Source of the DNA: an uncultured Oscillospiraceae bacterium
GTDB lineage: Bacteria > Bacillota > Clostridia > Oscillospirales > Oscillospiraceae
Assembly: GCA_964439545.1 (NCBI GenBank)
Contig: CAYTOO010000001.1
Location: forward strand, 208-64,207
Length of the DNA: 64,000 bases
Direction: 5' to 3'
A program made the position numbers and the translations under genes. Of the stretch, positions 57,478-64,000 are shown piece after piece; the stretch's first letter is position 1, and the number at the start of each line of letters is the position of its first letter. The notes under the pieces were generated by a model. The model was not told the DNA's origin. It ran no database searches and saw nothing but the letters and a program-made list of their open reading frames with translations.

Positions 57478-58809
57478 ATGACATTTACTGATTTTATGAA
57501 CAGCATGATGATCCTGTCCATCTTTGTGGTGTTGGGTTATATCGTGCGTGAAGCGATCCCCTTCCTCAATAAGATCTTCCTGCCCGCCTCCGTTATTGGC
57601 GGCGCACTGGCATTGATCGCCGGCCCTCAGGTGTTGGGCCTTATCGAGATTCCCGAGGTCTTTGGCTCTTTCAGCAATGACCTGCTGGAGATCATCATTG
57701 TGTCCCTCATCTTCGGCATTACCTTCAGCCGCAAGATGGTGGCTAACTACCTCGATGTTATCCTTGTATCCGAAGGTCTGCGTATGTCCCAGCTGTTTAT
57801 CGGCGGCGGTATCGGTATTCTGATGTGCTTCATCTGGCCTCAGCTGCCTGTCGGCTGGGGTACCATGGGTATCTTCTCCTTCTGCAGCGGCCACCCCATC
57901 GCAGCTGCCGTGGGCGGCATCTACATGGGCTATGACATCCCCGGCAACATGGATATGGGTATCATCATGTCCACTGTGGGTCTGATCACCGCACTGGTGG
58001 GCGGTATGATCTACGTCAACTACGGTATCCGCAAGGGCTGGGCTACCTTCATTAAGCCCGATGGCACTGCCAAGATGCAGATGCAGCGCGGCGTGCTGCC
58101 CGAGGACAAGCAGGGCTCTGTTGGTACTGAGAAGATCAACGGCGGTGCGCTGAATAACCTCCTGTTCCAGTTCGCCATCATCATGATCATCATCTTCCTT
58201 GGCCGTGGCCTCCATGACCTGCTGGCTACCTATGTTTGGGATGTGTTCGGCAACTTCCCCGACTTCCTGTTCGATATGATCGTGGCTCTCATTCTGTGGC
58301 CCATCCTCAGCAAGGTAAAGCTGACCCGCTACTATGACCGCAAGACCGCTCAGTCCATCTCCGGCTTCGCTCTGGACATGATCATCGTGGGCGCTGTGGC
58401 TACCATGAATCTCTCCGTCGTGGCTACTTACTGGCTGCCCCTGCTCATCTACTGCGTCATCATGATCATCGTCATCTTCTTCGGCTGCCACTTCTTCTTC
58501 AGAAAGCTGGTTGCCGAGGAGTGGTTCGAGAAGGCCGTGTTTACCTTCGGTGCTTATACCGGCGTTACCGCTTCCGGTCTTGCCCTGCTGCGCGCCCTCG
58601 ATCCCAAGACCGAGTCCTCTTCCTATGCAGCCAACAGTATTGCCTCTGCTTTCCAGATGCCCTTCATGGGCTTCACCATGACGCTGGTGCCTATGTTCGC
58701 TGTTACCATGACCGGTATGGAAGTGCTGATCTCTGCAGCTATCACCATCGTCTGCCTCGTCCTTGCATGGGTCTTGTTCCGTAAGAAAGTCAAGGCTCTT
58801 GGTCGATAA
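57478..58809 (+). CDS. Sodium/glutamate symporter (GltS/ESS)-family transporter
   Basis: ~11 TM segments; FLPASVIGG, SGHPIAAA, FGAYTGVTASGLALLRALDP. Confidence 0.82.
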   Translation: MTFTDFMNSMMILSIFVVLGYIVREAIPFLNKIFLPASVIGGALALIAGPQVLGLIEIPEVFGSFSNDLLEIIIVSLIFGITFSRKMVANYLDVILVSEGLRMSQLFIGGGIGILMCFIWPQLPVGWGTMGIFSFCSGHPIAAAVGGIYMGYDIPGNMDMGIIMSTVGLITALVGGMIYVNYGIRKGWATFIKPDGTAKMQMQRGVLPEDKQGSVGTEKINGGALNNLLFQFAIIMIIIFLGRGLHDLLATYVWDVFGNFPDFLFDMIVALILWPILSKVKLTRYYDRKTAQSISGFALDMIIVGAVATMNLSVVATYWLPLLIYCVIMIIVIFFGCHFFFRKLVAEEWFEKAVFTFGAYTGVTASGLALLRALDPKTESSSYAANSIASAFQMPFMGFTMTLVPMFAVTMTGMEVLISAAITIVCLVLAWVLFRKKVKALGR

Positions 58810-58859
58810 ATCCCCCCTCAATGGATTACAAAGTCTCTCCAAATTGTAATCAGCTATGG

Positions 58860-58901
58860 TACAAGTCCCCGTCTCTTATGAGGCGGGGACTTGTATTTTT
58901 T
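58860..58901 (+). terminator. Intrinsic terminator
   Basis: tacaagtccccgtctc-ttat-gaggcggggacttgta-tttttt. Confidence 0.85.
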
Positions 58902-58923
58902 GGATGTTTTGCCGCCCCGTTTC

Positions 58924-58978
58924 TGTCCAAAACCTGCGACACCTTCTTCTTGCTACTTGCCGCAAGTTCTGCTATACT
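58924..58978 (+). promoter_or_regulatory. Promoter of AKR-WYL-AKR operon with upstream TGTC-N10-GACA palindrome
   Basis: TTGCTA(58950)-17-TATACT(58973) with TG extension; tgtc-caaaacctgc-gaca at 58924-58941. Confidence 0.55.
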
Positions 58979-59018
58979 TTTTAGTAGAAATAACGCAGCG
59001 TGAAATGGAGGGTTTATC

Positions 59019-59912
59019 ATGCAATATGTATCTATGGGTGAAGTCACTTTATCCCGCATTGTCCGCGGCTTTTGGCGGCTCACAGGCCCGAAGGCGGGCA
59101 GCTGGAACATCTCCGATAAGGATCTGACGGACATGATCAGCGGCTGCCTTGAACGGGGCGTTACCACTTTTGATGCTGCCGATGTGTACGGCATGGGACA
59201 GTGCGAGGTGCAGTTGGGTCGTGTGCTGCCCACGTTCCGCCGCGAGGACTATCAGATCGTCACCAAGGCGGGCATCTGCTGGAATAATGAGACCATGTCC
59301 TCTTACTACAATACCAGCTACGATTACCTCGTCTCCGCCTGTCATGCTGCGCTGGAGCGGCTGAAGTGCGAGTACATCGACCTCTTCCTCATTCACCGCG
59401 AAGATCCCATGCTTGACCCCCATGAGGCAGGGCGTGCGCTGCTGGATTTGAAGAAACAGGGTCTCATTCGCGAGGCGGGCGTATCCAACTTCGACCCGTG
59501 GAAGATGGAGGGGCTGAACCGCGCTATGGATGGCTGTCTCCGCACCAATCAGATTGAACTGCACCCCTGTTGTTTTGAACATTTCAACAGCGGTATGACG
59601 GATTACCTCACGACGAACCGCATCCGTCCCATGATTTGGTCTCCCTTGGCGGGCGGTAAGCTGTTCACTTCCGACGAGCCAGAGTTTACCAAGGTACGGG
59701 CACTCTTGGAGGAATTGGCGGTGAAGTACGGTGTCTCCCCTGCCACCATTGTCTACGCTTGGCTCATGCAGCATCCCATGGGTGCGCTGCCCATCGTGGG
59801 CGGACAGAGTCTTGCCCGTTTGGACGAGGCCATTGCGGCTCTTGATTTGCAGTTGGAGCGCCCCGATTGGTATCGCATTTACGCCGCCAGCGGTCAGCAG
59901 AAGATCCGCTGA
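59019..59912 (+). CDS. Aldo/keto reductase (YdhF-like)
   Basis: FDAADVYG, IVTKAG, DLFLIHR, GVSNF, NQIE, WSPLAGG. Confidence 0.9.
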   Translation: MQYVSMGEVTLSRIVRGFWRLTGPKAGSWNISDKDLTDMISGCLERGVTTFDAADVYGMGQCEVQLGRVLPTFRREDYQIVTKAGICWNNETMSSYYNTSYDYLVSACHAALERLKCEYIDLFLIHREDPMLDPHEAGRALLDLKKQGLIREAGVSNFDPWKMEGLNRAMDGCLRTNQIELHPCCFEHFNSGMTDYLTTNRIRPMIWSPLAGGKLFTSDEPEFTKVRALLEELAVKYGVSPATIVYAWLMQHPMGALPIVGGQSLARLDEAIAALDLQLERPDWYRIYAASGQQKIR

Positions 59913-59930
59913 GAACAAGGAGAATTTATC

Positions 59931-60911
59931 ATGGCACAGGAAAATTGGCAGAAATATAAGCTTTTGAAGCTCCTTGAGATGCTTCAGCAGGATACAGACG
60001 AGCAGCACCCCCTCACCACCAACGCCATTTGCGCTAAGCTGACGGAAAATGGCACCCCCTGTGAGCGGCGCACCCTTAGTAAGGACATCGCCGTTCTCAA
60101 CGAGATCGGCTACGAGGTCATGTGGTGTTGGGTGGGCAAAGAGAAGGGCTATTATATCGAGGATCGCAGTTTCTCCGTCCCCGAGTTGAAGATCCTTATT
60201 GATGCGGTACAGGCTGCCAGCTTTATTACGGAGAAAAAGACCAACGAACTGGTGGACAAGCTTGCCGCCTTGGGTGGCAGCCATAAGGCTGATATCCTCA
60301 AGAGCAATATGGTCTGCTTCAACACCCGCAAGCACAGCAACGAGTCCATTTTCTACAACGTGGATCGTCTTGAGGATGCCATTGAACACCAGAAGAAGGT
60401 CACCTTCTACTATTTCGACCTCAACGAAAATGGAGAGAAGGTGTACCGCCGTGACCATGCCCACTACATTGTCGAGCCCATCGCTCTTATCTACAACGAG
60501 GACAACTACTATCTCCGCGCCTACAGCACCAAGTACGATGGCCCTAGCAACTACCGCGTGGACAGAATGGACGGCGTGGATATTATTGACGAGCCTATTT
60601 CTGAGGCTACCATCGCACTCCGTGATGAGGTGGAGCAGTATACAGGCCGTGCCTTTAAGATGTATGGCGGCGAGGAAGCCGACATTGTGTTGGAGTTCAA
60701 TGACAGCCTTATCGGTGTCATCTACGACCGCTTTGGCGAGAGTACCAAGATGATCCGATCCGTGGAGGGCAAATGCGTTGCCACAGTGAAGGTGCAGCTG
60801 AGCCCTGTGTTTTGGGGATGGCTGTTCCAGTTCGCAGGCGAGATGAAGATCCTCTCCCCCGACAGTGTGATTGCCAAGTTCAAAGAACACGCGGAAAAGA
60901 TGTTTGGATAA
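59931..60911 (+). CDS. WYL-domain wHTH transcriptional regulator
   Basis: TDEQHPLT, ERRTLSKDI, ELKILIDAV, VEPIALIYNEDNYYL, YRVDRM. Confidence 0.9.
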   Translation: MAQENWQKYKLLKLLEMLQQDTDEQHPLTTNAICAKLTENGTPCERRTLSKDIAVLNEIGYEVMWCWVGKEKGYYIEDRSFSVPELKILIDAVQAASFITEKKTNELVDKLAALGGSHKADILKSNMVCFNTRKHSNESIFYNVDRLEDAIEHQKKVTFYYFDLNENGEKVYRRDHAHYIVEPIALIYNEDNYYLRAYSTKYDGPSNYRVDRMDGVDIIDEPISEATIALRDEVEQYTGRAFKMYGGEEADIVLEFNDSLIGVIYDRFGESTKMIRSVEGKCVATVKVQLSPVFWGWLFQFAGEMKILSPDSVIAKFKEHAEKMFG

Positions 60912-60920
60912 GAGGTGTGG

Positions 60921-62105
60921 ATGATGATTACTAAGGATTTTAATGGAAAGCAGCTAAGTCTGCTGGGCTTTGGTGCTATGCGTCTGCCGACACTTGCTGA
61001 CAGCACTATTGACGAGACGCAGGTTGCAGAGATGACGGCGTATGCCATGGAACATGGCGTGAACTATTTCGATACCGCCTACCCCTATCACGGCGGCGAG
61101 TCTGAGCGGGTCATGGGTAGAGTATTGAGCAAGTACCCCCGTGACAGCTACTATCTCGCCACCAAGTATCCCGGGCATCAGATCATCAGCACGGGCTATA
61201 ACCCCGCAGAGATTTTCGAAGAACAACTCCAAAAGTGCGGCGTGGAATATTTTGACTTCTATCTGCTGCACAATGTCAACGAGCAATCCATTGAGGTGTA
61301 CCGCGATCCTCGGTGGGGCATCGTGGACTACTTCAAGGAGCAGAAGCGGCTGGGGCGCATTAAGCACTTGGGTTTCTCCACTCACGCCGAGTTCCCGTGT
61401 TTGAAGGAGTTTCTAGACGAGTACGGCGAGGACATGGAGTTCTGCCAAATTCAGTTGAATTATCTCGATTGGACACTGCAGGATGCCAAGGGGAAGTACG
61501 AGTTACTTACTGAGCGAGGCATCCCCGTGTGGGTCATGGAGCCTGTGCGCGGCGGCAAATTGGCAAAGCTGAATGATACTGATGAGGCAAAACTGAAGGC
61601 ACTCCGCCCCGATGAGTCCATTGCCGCTTGGGGTTTGCGGTTTTTACAGGGACTTCCCAATGTGAAGATGATTCTGAGCGGCATGTCCAGCTTTGCGCAG
61701 ATGGTGGACAATGTCAAAACCTTTACCGAGGTTGCTCCCTTGTCGGATGAAGAGAACGCCTTTCTTCTGGACATCGCCGAGGGCATGAAGGATTCCGTTC
61801 CCTGCACTGCCTGCCGCTATTGCTGCGATGGCTGCCCTGTGGGGCTGGATATTCCCGCCCTCATCAGCATCTACAACGAGATGCGCTTCTCCCCCAACAT
61901 CAACGCCGCCATGAAAATCGAGTTCCTGCCCGAGGAGAAAAAGCCCACCGCCTGCATCAGCTGCGGGCAGTGTACACAGATGTGTCCCCAGAGCATCGAT
62001 GTTCCTGCCGCACTGAAAGATCTTACGGAAAAGGTGGGTCAACTCCCCAGTTGGGTAGAGATCTGCCGTCAGCGGGAAGACGCCGCCAATAAGGGTCGGG
62101 CATAA
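60921..62105 (+). CDS. Aldo/keto reductase with C-terminal 4Fe-4S domain
   Basis: LGFGAMRLP, YFDTAYPYH, ATK, DFYLLH, MEPVRGG; CTACRYC and CISCGQC. Confidence 0.9.
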   Translation: MMITKDFNGKQLSLLGFGAMRLPTLADSTIDETQVAEMTAYAMEHGVNYFDTAYPYHGGESERVMGRVLSKYPRDSYYLATKYPGHQIISTGYNPAEIFEEQLQKCGVEYFDFYLLHNVNEQSIEVYRDPRWGIVDYFKEQKRLGRIKHLGFSTHAEFPCLKEFLDEYGEDMEFCQIQLNYLDWTLQDAKGKYELLTERGIPVWVMEPVRGGKLAKLNDTDEAKLKALRPDESIAAWGLRFLQGLPNVKMILSGMSSFAQMVDNVKTFTEVAPLSDEENAFLLDIAEGMKDSVPCTACRYCCDGCPVGLDIPALISIYNEMRFSPNINAAMKIEFLPEEKKPTACISCGQCTQMCPQSIDVPAALKDLTEKVGQLPSWVEICRQREDAANKGRA

Positions 62106-62119
62106 TTCCCTCAATCAAT

Positions 62120-62167
62120 AAAAAACACCACGCTCCTAGCTTTAAAGCTGGTGAGAGTGGTGTTTTT
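62120..62167. terminator. Probable intrinsic terminator
   Basis: aaaaacaccac...gtggtgttttt with imperfect inner stem. Confidence 0.65.
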
Positions 62168-62298
62168 AGTTCTTTACTGTCATATATTTAAGACAACTGA
62201 TGTTTGCAGCAAAATTAACTGTCGCTTTTTGCGCATTCGTGTGATATGGTGGAAACAGGAAGAAAACACAGACTACAGACCAAGGAGGAAAATTTACG

Positions 62299-62379
62299 AT
62301 GATGTTTCTCGCTATTTTATTCGCAATTGTCTATATCCCGCTGGGTGTGATTGTCGAGCTGACGAAGAAGTATAAGTAA
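62299..62379 (+). CDS. Small hydrophobic peptide (26 aa, MMFLAILFAIVYIPLGVIVELTKKYK)
   Basis: RBS AAGGAGG at 62282-62288; TM helix plus basic tail. Confidence 0.6.
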   Translation: MMFLAILFAIVYIPLGVIVELTKKYK

Positions 62380-62408
62380 CTACACAGAGTATTAAGGAGG
62401 AACAGGTT

Positions 62409-62492
62409 ATGTTTATTTTTGCTGTAATTTTGTTTGTGATTCTGACTGCCGGCGTGACAGGCGTGTTCACCATGATGGATCAGTGTATGTGA
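62409..62492 (+). CDS. Small hydrophobic peptide (27 aa, MFIFAVILFVILTAGVTGVFTMMDQCM)
   Basis: RBS AAGGAGG at 62394-62400; single TM helix. Confidence 0.58.
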   Translation: MFIFAVILFVILTAGVTGVFTMMDQCM

Positions 62493-62527
62493 GGGGGAAG
62501 GTTCTGTAGTTTGGAGGTACGATATTT

Positions 62528-62902
62528 ATGGACAAAGAAAATGCTGCAACAGACTGGAAGTACTGTGCTGTCGGAAATATTATAAGAACGCATATTGATG
62601 AAAATGGCGTTTTACGATATGGAACAGTTGCATATCCAGGCGGGAGGAAAGTCTACCTTTGCGGAAAGTATTGGACTCATGCTCAGGATACAATTACTGT
62701 TATTGGATTAAGCCGAAGAGGACGGCGATATCAAGTTGAAGATGTTCCCGTGTCCTTGATTGAAAATGTGAGATGTAAACAGGTCTACAAACCCACTGTT
62801 TTGAAAAAGATGGATAATTTTGAATTTGGGGATTATTGGTGGGGAAACTCCTTGGAAGATCGCGAAAGTGTAAATGCCTTTATAGAGAGATGGAGGTCAT
62901 AA
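62528..62902 (+). CDS. Hypothetical protein (AT-richer)
   Basis: 124-aa ORF with RBS GGAGG; no recognised motif. Confidence 0.6.
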   Translation: MDKENAATDWKYCAVGNIIRTHIDENGVLRYGTVAYPGGRKVYLCGKYWTHAQDTITVIGLSRRGRRYQVEDVPVSLIENVRCKQVYKPTVLKKMDNFEFGDYWWGNSLEDRESVNAFIERWRS

Positions 62903-62923
62903 GTGACCTCCACCTTTCTGTGT

Positions 62924-63571
62924 TTATCTTCCCCTCTTTTCTACATCCTCGTCGATGCGGTGTTTCCACTTCCTGTCGATACCTGCGCCCATGCGGACAC
63001 TGCTGACGGCAGTGTGGAGCACCTCGTAATTCAGCGCCGTGCCCTCGGCATCGCACTTGTAGTCCACGGCGTGGTCGGGGTCGATACCAAAGCGCCGCGC
63101 CTCTGCCGATGCGTCAATATTGGCGCCGAGGAAGAGGAATTCCCAGCCGTACTTCCCTTTCTGCCGCTCGATCATCTTTTTCACCCGCTCGTAGTCGTAG
63201 CGGCGGCTGGCGTTCTCATAACCGTCGGTGGTGATGACGAACAGCGTCTTTTCGGGTACATCCTCGGCGCGGGCGTACTTATGGACATTGCCGATGTGAT
63301 GGATGGCACTGCCCACGGCATCCAGCAGCGCCGTGCAGCCGCGGGTGAAATAGTCCCGCTCCGTCATGGGCTGCACCTCGCGGATAGGCACGCGGTCATG
63401 GATGACCACGCTTTCGTTGTCGAAGAGGACGGTGGACACCAGCGCCTCCCCCGCTTCCCTCTTCTGCTTCTCGATCATGGAGTTGAAGCCACCGATGGTG
63501 TCGCCCTCCAAGCCGCTCATAGACCCGCTGCGATCGAGGATAAATACCAACTCTGTCAAATTCTTCTTCAT
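62924..63571 (-). CDS. von Willebrand factor A (vWA) domain protein
   Basis: MIDAS ILDRSGSM, TALLDAVG, IITTDGYEN-type motif (VITTDGYEN), FLFLGANID. Confidence 0.88.
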   Translation of the reverse strand: MKKNLTELVFILDRSGSMSGLEGDTIGGFNSMIEKQKREAGEALVSTVLFDNESVVIHDRVPIREVQPMTERDYFTRGCTALLDAVGSAIHHIGNVHKYARAEDVPEKTLFVITTDGYENASRRYDYERVKKMIERQKGKYGWEFLFLGANIDASAEARRFGIDPDHAVDYKCDAEGTALNYEVLHTAVSSVRMGAGIDRKWKHRIDEDVEKRGR

Positions 63572-63575
63572 AAGA

Positions 63576-63647
63576 AAACCCTCCTTCATTTGATTTCGCT
63601 TTGATTATAGCGAATCCGAAGGAGGGTTTGGTCGCATGAAAGGCGAC
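63576..63647 (-). promoter_or_regulatory. Promoter region with GTCGC-N7-GCGAC palindrome and RBS-covering inverted repeat
   Basis: TATAAT at 63609-63604; gtcgc-atgaaag-gcgac 63631-63647; aaaccctccttc (63576-63587) / gaaggagggttt (63618-63629). Confidence 0.55.
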
Positions 63648-63652
63648 ATTTT

Positions 63653-64000
63653 TTAGTTTCTCTGTTCCCTAAAATACCTCTCCGTTGCACTCACAAACTC
63701 TGCCTCGAACTTGGCGATGGCCACTTTCGCCTTCTTTTTGAAGGGGAAGAACATATCGTAGGCGTGATACCAATCGGGGTACACATCCACGGCGGCCTCA
63801 ACCCCTGCGGCGCGGAGATTGTCGATATAGGTCAACGTTTCGCAATAGAAGGGCTCAATATCTCCCACGAAGGTGTAGGCGGGTGGGAGATCATGGTAGT
63901 CCGTCTGCCGCGCAGGTGCGGCGTAGGGCGGGATGTCGGTCAAGCCTTTAAGGTACAGTTTCCACGCGGCGTGGTTGCGTTTGGTGTTCCACACAGGGGC
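63653..64000 (-). CDS. Alpha/beta hydrolase (esterase/lipase), C-terminal part; 5' end outside window
   Basis: YAAPAR, LPPAYTFVGDIEPF, AAGV, YPDWYHAYD. Confidence 0.8.
   Translation of the reverse strand, partial: APVWNTKRNHAAWKLYLKGLTDIPPYAAPARQTDYHDLPPAYTFVGDIEPFYCETLTYIDNLRAAGVEAAVDVYPDWYHAYDMFFPFKKKAKVAIAKFEAEFVSATERYFREQRN

Noticed and set aside
59931..63571. WYL + vWA anti-phage defence island
   Set aside because: No nuclease, helicase, ATPase, kinase or other effector is present, and the genes are in separate transcription units.

Overview
Chromosomal segment of an anaerobic, moderately GC-rich Clostridia-class bacterium (Oscillospiraceae-like; inferred from gene content and codon style). 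No rRNA, tRNA, CRISPR array or transposase is visible. In order: a xylose/xyloside module (GH43, fucose-isomerase-family isomerase, XylB); UPF0210/ACT pair; GH5 lipoprotein; rqcH-mrnC; Fe-S proteins; abfD; a ~15 kb DeoR-controlled catabolic operon; corrinoid-activation genes (DUF2284, RACE/ASKHA); a xanthine-dehydrogenase-family operon; oadB/oadG-like pair; a shikimate operon; a collagen-like protein; a candidate sRNA locus; LysR/GltS, AKR/WYL and VWA genes. The standout is the operon at 15124-30028: a sugar ABC transporter, a non-PFL glycyl radical enzyme (motif YALEGCVES) with its activase, a second xylulokinase-like kinase, a complete acetoin-dehydrogenase-like E1a/E1b/E2/E3 complex and an MBL hydrolase. 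I infer a possibly undescribed radical sugar pathway: polyol or anhydro-polyol -> 1-deoxy-ketose -> phosphorylation -> TPP/lipoate oxidative cleavage to acetyl-CoA + aldose-phosphate. Other notable items: a degenerate MocA-like/ModE-HTH fusion with a ModE-like box, a catalytically dead paralog of the PLP decarboxylase barrel, an orphan structured ~170-nt RNA, and two tandem small membrane peptides. All calls come from reading motifs by eye; no database searches were run.
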